From positions 70,364-134,363 of the forward strand of contig VBWE01000014.1 in NCBI GenBank assembly GCA_006218065.1: a DNA stretch of 64,000 nt. The letters are read 5' to 3'. This stretch comes from Bacteroidota bacterium (GTDB lineage Bacteria; Bacteroidota; Bacteroidia; Palsa-965). Below the pieces are notes generated by a model. The model saw only the letters and a program-made list of their open reading frames with translations, did no database searches and was not told where the DNA came from. A program made the position numbers and the translations under genes. Shown here piece by piece: positions 28,865-37,369 of the stretch (positions within the stretch are counted from its first letter, which is position 1; every line of letters begins with the position of its first letter).

Positions 28865-29578
28865 TCACATTCCCCAACCGAATTTCAAACCGATGCCGAA
28901 GTTTGGCGCAACCCGGTGATAGGCCGGTGACACCTGGTTCGGAATTTCCGTCGCCCTGTTTTCCCAGGTTTGCCGGATGCCGGCCGCGATATAGAAATCA
29001 ACGAAAGGTTCATTGGAATTCTCCGCGTTCTGCCAGCCACCGGCCAGCCGGATCTCCGAAACTTTCCGCAGGCCGGGATATACATCGTACACCAGGCCGG
29101 TAAATTCATACCAGTCCATTTTATAAGTCCGGAACGTAAACTCCGGCCCGATATAAAAACCGGCGATCGCTACGTCCGCATGACGCGGAAAGATCCGGCC
29201 CTGCCCGCGAAAACTCCAGCCCGAACGGAATTTGGCATTCTCGTTGCTGAGAAAATAACCGTTGTTCACGCTGGTTTCATAAAACAGGTCCGTATAGGTT
29301 ACGCCGATCGCCGCTTCAACACTGTAAAACCGGTTGACCCGGTATTCCACGAAAGCCGGCAGTTCACCGGTAAGCAGCAATACCGGGCTGCACTTGAAGG
29401 CAATCCGCACGCTGTCGGAAAGAACCGAACGGGGCCGGGCCGCGTTTGGTTCGGTTACGGGGACAATTTCCGTTTTCACAGTCGTATCCGCGCCGGTTAC
29501 CGTACCCAGCCTGCGCTGTGCCTGCAACTGTAAAGTAACCAGGGCAAATACGACGATAAATATGCTGCGTGTGATCAT
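28865..29578 (-). CDS. Putative outer-membrane beta-barrel (DUF3575-like)
   Basis: Signal peptide; amphipathic strands; C-terminal GIGLKFGWGM. Confidence 0.6.
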   Translation of the reverse strand: MITRSIFIVVFALVTLQLQAQRRLGTVTGADTTVKTEIVPVTEPNAARPRSVLSDSVRIAFKCSPVLLLTGELPAFVEYRVNRFYSVEAAIGVTYTDLFYETSVNNGYFLSNENAKFRSGWSFRGQGRIFPRHADVAIAGFYIGPEFTFRTYKMDWYEFTGLVYDVYPGLRKVSEIRLAGGWQNAENSNEPFVDFYIAAGIRQTWENRATEIPNQVSPAYHRVAPNFGIGLKFGWGM

Positions 29579-29696
29579 TACTGCAAAATTTGCAAAAAAA
29601 ACCGATAAGCAGCAAGAGCAAAGTCATTTTGCTATCCGAAGCGGTTCACAACAATCGAGCATCCGAATTGTTAACTTTGAGCCACTACTCCCATTT

Positions 29697-30671
29697 ATGT
29701 CGGTAATCGACTCTATCAAAGCGCCTGTACGGCAAGAAATGGAGCTGTTCGAACAAAAGTTCAGACAGTCGATGAAGAGTTCGGTTCCTTTGCTCGATAA
29801 GATCACGGCGTATATCGTAAAGCGGAAAGGGAAGCAGCTTCGTCCTTTATTCGTTTTTCTTTCGGCATCGGCCTGCGGGGGCGTGAATGAATCTACTTAC
29901 CGTGCGGCGGCGCTGATTGAACTTTTGCATACGGCGACGCTTGTTCACGACGACGTGGTGGACGATTCGAATCTCCGCCGCGGATTTTTTTCGGTGAGTG
30001 CGCTCTGGAAAAACAAAATTGCCGTGCTGGTGGGCGACTACCTGCTTTCGCGCGGCCTGCTGCTTTCGCTGGATAACAATGATTTCCGCCTGCTGAAAAC
30101 GGTAGCGACCGCGGTGCGCGAGATGAGTGAGGGCGAACTGCTGCAGATTGAAAAAGCGCGGCGCCTGGATATCGCCGAGCCAGTGTACTTTGAGATCATC
30201 CGCCAGAAAACCGCTTCGCTGATCGCTTCGTGCTGCGCCTGCGGAGCCGCTTCGGCCGACGACAGCGAAGAACTGCAGGAACGCATGCGCAAGTTCGGCG
30301 AGCTTACCGGTATTGCTTTCCAGATCAAAGACGACCTGTTCGACTACGGCAGTTCGGGCGATATCGGGAAACCGACCGGCATCGATATCAAGGAAAAGAA
30401 AATGACGCTTCCGCTGATCTACGCGCTGAACAATGCTTCGCGCAACGATAAGCGGAGAATGATTAATATTGTAAAGAATCACAACAACGAACCCGAAAAG
30501 GTCGCGGAAGTGATCAGCTTTGTCTGGAAAAGCGGCGGGATCGAATACGCACGCCAGCGCATGAACCAATACAAGGACGAAGCCCTGGCGCTTCTCCGTA
30601 CATTCCCCGAAAGCCAGGCAAGAACATCCCTGGAACAATTGGTGATCTACACGACCCAACGTGAGAAATGA
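29697..30671 (+). CDS. Polyprenyl (octaprenyl-type) diphosphate synthase
   Basis: GKQLRP; LVHDDVVD; FQIKDDLFD; TAACTTTG box at 29672-29679. Confidence 0.95.
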   Translation: MSVIDSIKAPVRQEMELFEQKFRQSMKSSVPLLDKITAYIVKRKGKQLRPLFVFLSASACGGVNESTYRAAALIELLHTATLVHDDVVDDSNLRRGFFSVSALWKNKIAVLVGDYLLSRGLLLSLDNNDFRLLKTVATAVREMSEGELLQIEKARRLDIAEPVYFEIIRQKTASLIASCCACGAASADDSEELQERMRKFGELTGIAFQIKDDLFDYGSSGDIGKPTGIDIKEKKMTLPLIYALNNASRNDKRRMINIVKNHNNEPEKVAEVISFVWKSGGIEYARQRMNQYKDEALALLRTFPESQARTSLEQLVIYTTQREK

Positions 30672-30672
30672 A

Positions 30673-32115
30673 ATGACTGTTTCAGTCCGGAACACAAACC
30701 CTTTTGTCCGATACCTCCTTCTCACCGTCATGGCAGCGACGGGAATCTCCGTATTTGTTTTTGCCTGCATTAAAGCAGTCATGCTTCCGTTTACGCATGA
30801 TGAGAGCCTGAGTTATCTCCTGTATGTACCCATGCCGGTTACAGATATTACAGGGTACGTCAACACGTATGGGCTTCCGAATAATCATATTCTGAACACA
30901 TTATTGATGAAATTCTGTGCCGGGGTTTTCGGAGACAGTACACTGTCGCTGCGCTTGCCGAATCTTATTGCCCTGGTCGCGTATCTTTATTTTGGTTTCC
31001 GTCTCTTGAAAAAAACATCCTCCTCCTGGTTGCTGTTAAGCGGATTTCTGCTTTTGACCAGCAACCTTTTTGCTACGGATTTTTTTTCGCTTGCCAGGGG
31101 CTATGGTCTTGCCAACGCGCTGATGCTGGGAGCAATTTATTTGCTTATTGCATACAACGAATCGCCATCATGGAAAAAAACGGTATGGCTTTTTATAGTA
31201 TGCGGGCTGATGATATTAGCCAATTTCACGCTTCTGCACGTAGCCTTAGTCATTGCCGGTTGTTATGAAATTCTGCGCTTCCGGAAAGAACGCCCGGTGT
31301 CCTTTAGGGGGTACATGAAAATCATGCAGCCCGCATTGTGGTTTTTCATTATCATGGCAGGAGTTTTATATGAACCGTTTCGCACGATTATCAAGTGGCA
31401 AACAACGTTCGGTGGCAATGAAAGTTTCTGGGCGGATTCTGTCAACCCCTTACTGACGGACAGTATTTATACGAATAATAGCTTTACATGGAAACCGTAT
31501 GTGGCTTTTGTGGTAGTGGTTTTGCTGCTGGTCATTACGGCTGTCACCGCGATGATCTTTTTGCGAAAAAAACGCTCGTGGCTCCCTTTATTTTTCGTGT
31601 TGCTTATCGTACCGGTATTGCTGTTTCAAATTCAACATGTATTGCTCGGTACACAATACCCGGTCAGCAGGACTGTTCAGTATTTATATCCGTTGTTTGT
31701 AATTGCCCTGGTTTTTGCAATTGATGTGACTGCGGAAAAAATAAATTGGTTTCGCTTTTCATTGCTGCCTTCCGCTTTATTGCTTGCTGTTTTTTTTGTC
31801 ATGCATTATTCAACGGAATATATTCCGGAGTGGCGCTACGACAGTTCTAACCGTGCAGTACTGGAGGATATTGAGCAATTAAGAAAGAAGGAACCGAAGA
31901 AGATCCAGGTGGGTGTTAACTGGCTTTTTGAACCGGGATTAAACTATGAACGAAAAAGAAAAAAATATGCCTGGTTGCAACCTCTTTATCGCGGAAGTAT
32001 CGACTCTGCATGTGATTATTATTACGTGACAGCTTCAGATACGGCCGGTATGCGAGCAAGGGGCAGAATGCTTATTCGTTCGTATGCTCTCAGTAATACT
32101 TATCTTTACCGTTAG
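30673..32115 (+). CDS. GT-C fold membrane glycosyltransferase-like protein (ArnT/PMT_2-like), lower GC
   Basis: FTHDE after TM1; PNNHIL; LRLP; ARGYGL; many TM helices. Confidence 0.7.
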   Translation: MTVSVRNTNPFVRYLLLTVMAATGISVFVFACIKAVMLPFTHDESLSYLLYVPMPVTDITGYVNTYGLPNNHILNTLLMKFCAGVFGDSTLSLRLPNLIALVAYLYFGFRLLKKTSSSWLLLSGFLLLTSNLFATDFFSLARGYGLANALMLGAIYLLIAYNESPSWKKTVWLFIVCGLMILANFTLLHVALVIAGCYEILRFRKERPVSFRGYMKIMQPALWFFIIMAGVLYEPFRTIIKWQTTFGGNESFWADSVNPLLTDSIYTNNSFTWKPYVAFVVVVLLLVITAVTAMIFLRKKRSWLPLFFVLLIVPVLLFQIQHVLLGTQYPVSRTVQYLYPLFVIALVFAIDVTAEKINWFRFSLLPSALLLAVFFVMHYSTEYIPEWRYDSSNRAVLEDIEQLRKKEPKKIQVGVNWLFEPGLNYERKRKKYAWLQPLYRGSIDSACDYYYVTASDTAGMRARGRMLIRSYALSNTYLYR

Positions 32116-32131
32116 CCCGAAACCTCTGAGA

Positions 32132-32980
32132 ATGCGGATATGCAAGGATAAAAAAACCGGTAAGCGTTGTTTACATTACATAAGCGTAGTATGGACGTTG
32201 TTGTTCTTTTTCACCGGCTCACAGGCGTACGCACAGCAGCCCACAAAATATTACTGGGAAAACGGCAAACTGAAAAGCGAAGGTATGCTGGACGCTGCGG
32301 GGAAACTCGACGGGTTCTGGGCTTTTTATTACGAAAGCGGTGTTAAAAAATCGGAAGGGTTTTATAATCACGGCAAAGCCGAGAAAGCCTGGTTTTTCTG
32401 GGATATGAACGGGAAACTGGCCAGCCGCGGGTTTTACAAAAATGACCAGCTCGACAGCGCCTGGATATTTTTTCAGCCCGACGGGCATGTATGGAAAATG
32501 TGTTTCTACAAAAACAACCTGCTCGACGGTGCCCACGTGGAATGGTGGAACGATACGCTGATGAAAGAAGCCGGCACGTACAGGAAAGGCCTGAAGCACG
32601 GCACCTGGACAACCTGGTACCCCGCCTGCCAGGTAAAAAGTCAGCAGGTTTTTGTCGACGGCAAAGTGAACGGCGATTACCTGCTCTGGCATGAGAATGG
32701 TGTGCTGCAAACTTCCGGCGAAGTGATGAACGACAAATCCGAAGGCGAATGGAAATTCTGGGACCGGCAGGGAAAACTGCTCACCGTGGGAAATTATCAT
32801 CTCGGGCAGTGGCACGGACTGTGGACGGATTACAAGGACAACGGGAAGCGCCTGGCCGCGGGTCATTTCAACATGAACAAAAAAACGGGTCGCTGGCGTT
32901 ACTGGAACGAGGAAGGAAAAATCAGGAAACTGGAAATCTATAAAGACGAAAAACTGTTCAAAGAAATCAGCTATGAATAA
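32132..32980 (+). CDS. MORN-variant repeat (YwqK-like) protein
   Basis: Repeated GxWxxYxENGxxKSEGxYxNG units; start uncertain. Confidence 0.8.
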   Translation: MRICKDKKTGKRCLHYISVVWTLLFFFTGSQAYAQQPTKYYWENGKLKSEGMLDAAGKLDGFWAFYYESGVKKSEGFYNHGKAEKAWFFWDMNGKLASRGFYKNDQLDSAWIFFQPDGHVWKMCFYKNNLLDGAHVEWWNDTLMKEAGTYRKGLKHGTWTTWYPACQVKSQQVFVDGKVNGDYLLWHENGVLQTSGEVMNDKSEGEWKFWDRQGKLLTVGNYHLGQWHGLWTDYKDNGKRLAAGHFNMNKKTGRWRYWNEEGKIRKLEIYKDEKLFKEISYE

Positions 32981-33428
32981 ACGCATCATACTTCCGGCCC
33001 TTGCCGGTGTTTTTTTTCTCGCAGCCTGCAGCAACGAACCTGTCGCTGACAAAAAAAAAGATACTGCCGATAGTGTGCTGAGAATCACGACCACCAACAG
33101 CGACGCACCGAAACCCGGCGCCATTATGTTCGAAGGCGATACGGTGACGCACTATCCGAACGGCGTGATCCAGGTAAAGGGCTATATGGGCGGCGGGATG
33201 CGGCAGGGACAATGGTTTGCCTTTTTTGAAAACGGCGAAGTACAGAGCGAATGCCAGTATAAAAACAACCTCAAACACGGAAAGTCGGTTGTTTACCGCG
33301 AAGGCGGTAAAAAGTACTGGGAAGGATATTATAATATGGATGCGAAAGTCGGGAAATGGAAATTCTGGGATGATGCCGGGAAAATGACGGAAAAAGATTA
33401 TGGAGGAACACTGCCCACCGGGAAGTAG
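32973..33428 (+). CDS. MORN-variant repeat lipoprotein
   Basis: Lipobox LAAC; YPNG..KG...GQW..FFENG repeats. Confidence 0.8.
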   Translation: MNKRIILPALAGVFFLAACSNEPVADKKKDTADSVLRITTTNSDAPKPGAIMFEGDTVTHYPNGVIQVKGYMGGGMRQGQWFAFFENGEVQSECQYKNNLKHGKSVVYREGGKKYWEGYYNMDAKVGKWKFWDDAGKMTEKDYGGTLPTGK

Positions 33429-33459
33429 TTACTCCTTGCCGGTCAAATGGCAAATGCAA

Positions 33460-33536
33460 AATTTCAAATGTAAAATGCCAACCTGTTTGATTGGTTCACT
33501 TTAGTGTTTGGAGTTTGGCATTTTACATTTGAAATT
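33460..33536. repeat. Heptamer-periodic inverted repeat
   Basis: Perfect 22-bp IR AATTTCAAATGTAAAATGCCAA 33460-33481/33515-33536. Confidence 0.8.
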
Positions 33537-33651
33537 ATTTTATGCGAACCAGGATTACCAGCTAAATTCCCCAACCCACGCAAACAAATGCCCCGGCCTG
33601 TTTGTTTTAAAAGCGGATCCCTTCTCTTCCTGTTCTTTTAAAACATCCGTT

Positions 33652-34167
33652 ATGATCTCCTCCGGTCAGAACCTTTATTCGCCGCTTCAACGGGAAGTCC
33701 GTTACCGGCACATCATCAACCGCTTGGGTATGATGGTCGCTTTTTTAGCCTTTATTATTCTTGCGCTGATCGCGATGCTCGTTTTCCGGCGGGCGGGTGC
33801 GAATGAAATGACCCTTTCCGAAAATAAGAACAGCGGCGGAAATGTAAGCGATATGATGCCACACGCCATGAACTATAAACCTGAAGAAGGCAAACCAAAC
33901 GGAGAACAGCTCTTCGAACAGAAATGCGCTTCCTGTCACCAGGTCAGTACTGAAAACATAACCGGTCCCGGCCTGCTGGGCGTGAGCGAACGTATCCCCG
34001 CCGGCGACTGGAAATACAAATGGATTACCAATCCCGCCGCGATGCGCGACCAGGAAGATCCGTATGCTTTAAAAATAATTGCAGAAAGTAACGGGAACAT
34101 GATGACGCCGCAAAACCTGTCGGATGAAGAAATCGACGAAATTTTCCGCTACATCGATGCGCATTGA
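33652..34167 (+). CDS. Membrane-anchored monoheme cytochrome c
   Basis: TM helix; GEQLF..KCASCH; GPGL; distal Met (MMTP); LSDEEIDEIFRYI. Confidence 0.9.
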   Translation: MISSGQNLYSPLQREVRYRHIINRLGMMVAFLAFIILALIAMLVFRRAGANEMTLSENKNSGGNVSDMMPHAMNYKPEEGKPNGEQLFEQKCASCHQVSTENITGPGLLGVSERIPAGDWKYKWITNPAAMRDQEDPYALKIIAESNGNMMTPQNLSDEEIDEIFRYIDAH

Positions 34168-34278
34168 TCTTTTGTTAATAGTGTAACTGCCTGATCGCTA
34201 ACTGTTTTACATTCATTAACACCGCTTGCCGAAACCTCTCCTGCCACCGGCTCGTTTACCCGGCAAGAACTACAACCC

Positions 34279-34431
34279 ATGTACGCTACAGTTGATCCTC
34301 TGAGTAAACGCGTTCTGCGTTACCCGATTCAAAAAACAAAGCAGTTCATCGCTTTTATCCGGAGCTGCATTTTTCCTCCACATCAGTTGATTCCTGTTCC
34401 CGTTACCACCGGGAAAGGCAGCCGGCGATAG
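34279..34431 (+). CDS. Putative 50-aa small protein
   Basis: MYATVDPLSKRVLRYPIQKTKQFIAFIRSCIFPPHQLIPVPVTTGKGSRR; preceded by ECF-like GAAAC...CGTT (34231-34256). Confidence 0.4.
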   Translation: MYATVDPLSKRVLRYPIQKTKQFIAFIRSCIFPPHQLIPVPVTTGKGSRR

Positions 34432-34513
34432 CGGTCGCATGCTGAATTGAATTCACTTGTGTATGCCACGCATGCGCAGGATCATTCCTTCTTTTCGTCA
34501 ACCCCAAAAATCC

Positions 34514-35590
34514 ATGCTCATGGAACCAAATCCATCTGACCTGATGAACAGGCCGGTGAACCGGTCATTGCTTCACGCATTCGGAAAGCATGCCCGCTGG
34601 AGTGAAAAAACGGCGCAGGACGCGTTTCACGAAAGCGGTATTTATGCCGGCCGCGCTCAATGGCTTACCTGGGCCACCCGTTTCTTCGCCGGAACGGGCG
34701 TCGCCTTCCTGCTTGCGGGTATTCTTTTCTTCTTCGCCTGGAACTGGGCAGATATGTCGCGCATGTTGAAATTCGGCATTATCGGCGGCGGCATTGTCGT
34801 GATCACCATTGTTTCGATGATCCTGCGGAAAAAACACGAATTCGCATTCCAGCTCGGACTTACGATCGTGAGTGCGCTGGTGGGTGTGCTCTTCGCCGTG
34901 CACGGGCAGGAATATCAAACCGGTGCGAACAGTTTCGAATTGTTCCGCAACTGGGCCGTAGCGATTGCGCTGCTGGTGGTCATCAGCAATTTTCCGCCGC
35001 TCTGGATGCTTTACCTGGTACTGCTGAATATCGTGGTGATTACCTGGAACATCCAGTTCGAGGGCTGGCAGGAAGGCATGCTTTTTACGGAACTGTTTAT
35101 CATGAACACCTTCGGCCTGATTGCCTGGGAACTGTGCCGCGGCTTCGGCGTTCCGTTTGCACAGCGGCGCTGGTTTCTGCGGGTGGCGGGATTTGCAGCA
35201 TTTGTTTTCCTGTCGTGGAAAGTGTTTATCACGGGCCATCATTTCAGCGGCATGTCGCGCGATGCGCTGGTTTGCTGCGTCGTCATCATTCCCGCTTTTG
35301 TTTTCGGGGCAGGGTACCTCGGGTTTTTCAGGAAGGATATTTTTTTCCTGGCGCTGATCTGTTTCTGCACGGTGATGATCGCGTCGAATTTTCTCGACCT
35401 GCTTTTGCCGCCGGTGAAGGAAAGCCGGGGAGAAGGTCTTGAAGCGATGTCGGCCTCCGTTAAATCGACGCTCGACCGGATGTACCTTATTATGATGATG
35501 CGCGGTCTGTTCATCATCGGCCTCACCAGCCTGATCGGTGTTCAATTGGTTAAGCTCAGTAAAAAATGGCGCAATCATGAACAATCCTGA
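34514..35590 (+). CDS. DUF2157 membrane protein
   Basis: GILFFFAWNW; GQEYQTGANSFELF..W. Confidence 0.88.
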   Translation: MLMEPNPSDLMNRPVNRSLLHAFGKHARWSEKTAQDAFHESGIYAGRAQWLTWATRFFAGTGVAFLLAGILFFFAWNWADMSRMLKFGIIGGGIVVITIVSMILRKKHEFAFQLGLTIVSALVGVLFAVHGQEYQTGANSFELFRNWAVAIALLVVISNFPPLWMLYLVLLNIVVITWNIQFEGWQEGMLFTELFIMNTFGLIAWELCRGFGVPFAQRRWFLRVAGFAAFVFLSWKVFITGHHFSGMSRDALVCCVVIIPAFVFGAGYLGFFRKDIFFLALICFCTVMIASNFLDLLLPPVKESRGEGLEAMSASVKSTLDRMYLIMMMRGLFIIGLTSLIGVQLVKLSKKWRNHEQS

Positions 35591-36689
35591 TGTCAAGCGA
35601 ATGACCTTCGGCCAGTTGCTCGAACGTCTTCAGCAAAAAGATCCGGCCGGACTTTCTTACGACCCGGCCCTGGTGGAAAACGAAATCGCGAAAAACGAAA
35701 AGCGTGAATACCCGGTGGCTGTGCGTGTGCTCATCGTACTCGGCGCCTGGATCGGTGCTGCGATGCTTGCGGCATTCCTCACCTTTTTCGTATTCGGAAA
35801 AGATGAACCGACCCTGGTGGTAGCCGGCGTGATCTTCATCCTCGCGGGATTGCTGCTGCCGCGCCTGAACGTGTTGCCCGTAGCGATAGAACCGTTTGCG
35901 CTGGCGATATCCGTGATCGGCATCTCGCTGCTCATGGGTGGCATGGATTACGATATCGACGATAATTATGCGCCGCATAACCTCATCATCGCACTCATCG
36001 AAATCGCGATTGCTGTTTTCACGGTGAGCCGCGTGCAACGTACGGTAGGTGTATTCGGTTTTTTCGGATTCCTGGGTATTTACTTTTACCAGAACCTGGA
36101 ATCGCCGCATGCCGTGATGGCCCTGGCCGGTGTATGTATGTTGCTGTTCACCTGGATGCAGGTCAGCGAAACGCGGATGCTTGCCAAAGGAAAAAAACTG
36201 ATCCGTTATTACCAGCCTGTACTGAGCGGACTGATGCTGTCGATCCCGGTACTTTGTTTATACACGCTGATCAAAGAACCGGAAGGACATGAATCGTGGC
36301 ACCCGGACAGTACGGGCTTCACGGGCTGGTGGCCTGTGGCGCTGCCGGCGATTGCGGCATTGCTCTGGACGCTTCGTGTGATCCTGGTGAAGACCTGCGG
36401 TTTTCAGAAAGCACGCGTGAACGCATTACTGCTTTTTGCGCTCCTCTGTCTCGCGCCCATGGTGAAAGCGCCCGGCATCGTGGCTTCGATCCTGCTGATC
36501 GCCTGCGGATTTTATTCGGGACAACGTTTCACGCTGGGCATCGGCATCCTGTCACTCATTTATTACTGCATCACTTTTTATTACATGATGGAAACCACCC
36601 TGCTCGTGAAATCCGTCCTGATGATGGTATCGGGTGCGCTGCTTGTGGCGGCGGCTCTGGTGTTTAACTATTTAAACAAACGCTCATGA
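35577..36689 (+). CDS. DUF4401 membrane protein
   Basis: GAWIGA; C-terminal FYYMMETTLLVKSVLMMVSG; operon context. Confidence 0.85.
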   Translation: MNNPDVKRMTFGQLLERLQQKDPAGLSYDPALVENEIAKNEKREYPVAVRVLIVLGAWIGAAMLAAFLTFFVFGKDEPTLVVAGVIFILAGLLLPRLNVLPVAIEPFALAISVIGISLLMGGMDYDIDDNYAPHNLIIALIEIAIAVFTVSRVQRTVGVFGFFGFLGIYFYQNLESPHAVMALAGVCMLLFTWMQVSETRMLAKGKKLIRYYQPVLSGLMLSIPVLCLYTLIKEPEGHESWHPDSTGFTGWWPVALPAIAALLWTLRVILVKTCGFQKARVNALLLFALLCLAPMVKAPGIVASILLIACGFYSGQRFTLGIGILSLIYYCITFYYMMETTLLVKSVLMMVSGALLVAAALVFNYLNKRS

Positions 36690-37261
36690 TTATCCGCAAA
36701 ATCCTTTTCGCTCTGTGCGTGACCGGCACGCTTGTTTTTTTCAGTATGGACATGAAAAAAAAAGAGGACGTCATTCAAAACGGCCGGCTTGTTTATTTCG
36801 ACATGCGGCAGCGTGACCCGCGTTCGCTGATGCAGGGCGATTACATGCACCTGAATTACGGTATGGAGAATAATATGAGGAGAGACAACGTGACGCTTTC
36901 GCCGGAAGGGTATGTGGTGATCTGGCTCGACAGTAACCGCGTGGCCCGCTTCATCCGCGTACAGGACCAGCCCGAACCGCTGCACGATACCGAACTCGTG
37001 GTGAAATACCGGACGCGGAAGAATTTTTTCGGAGCCGATCCTGTGCTTGGTCCTGCTTCCTTTTTCTTCGAGGAAGAAAAAGCGGAATGTTTTTCCACCG
37101 CCCGGTATATCGAAATGCGCGTGGATGAAAACGGCACCGCTATCCTGACCGGCCTGGCCGACTGGGATTTCTGCAGGCTGCACGAACAGGATTCGGCGAG
37201 CTACCATCACTGGCTCGAAAATCATCCGCCGCCCCCTCCGCCCCCTCCGGGAATCGATTAA
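36686..37261 (+). CDS. GDYXXLXY-domain protein
   Basis: DPRSLMQGDYMHLNY; SFFFEE. Confidence 0.92.
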   Translation: MIIRKILFALCVTGTLVFFSMDMKKKEDVIQNGRLVYFDMRQRDPRSLMQGDYMHLNYGMENNMRRDNVTLSPEGYVVIWLDSNRVARFIRVQDQPEPLHDTELVVKYRTRKNFFGADPVLGPASFFFEEEKAECFSTARYIEMRVDENGTAILTGLADWDFCRLHEQDSASYHHWLENHPPPPPPPPGID

Positions 37262-37369
37262 CATAGAAATCTCCGGGATTGATTCTTCAAAAATTATTTG
37301 AGCACAATCTCCCGGCATTCCCGGACGGATGAAACAAAGCCCGCCGGCTTTTCTTATTTTTAGACCTTC

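Noticed and set aside
32132-33428. Toxin-antitoxin system (YwqK label)
   Set aside because: Only exported MORN-variant repeat proteins; no adjacent toxin gene.
34514-37261. DUF2157-DUF4401-GDYXXLXY cluster as a new system
   Set aside because: Widely distributed, already recognised operon, although its function is unknown.
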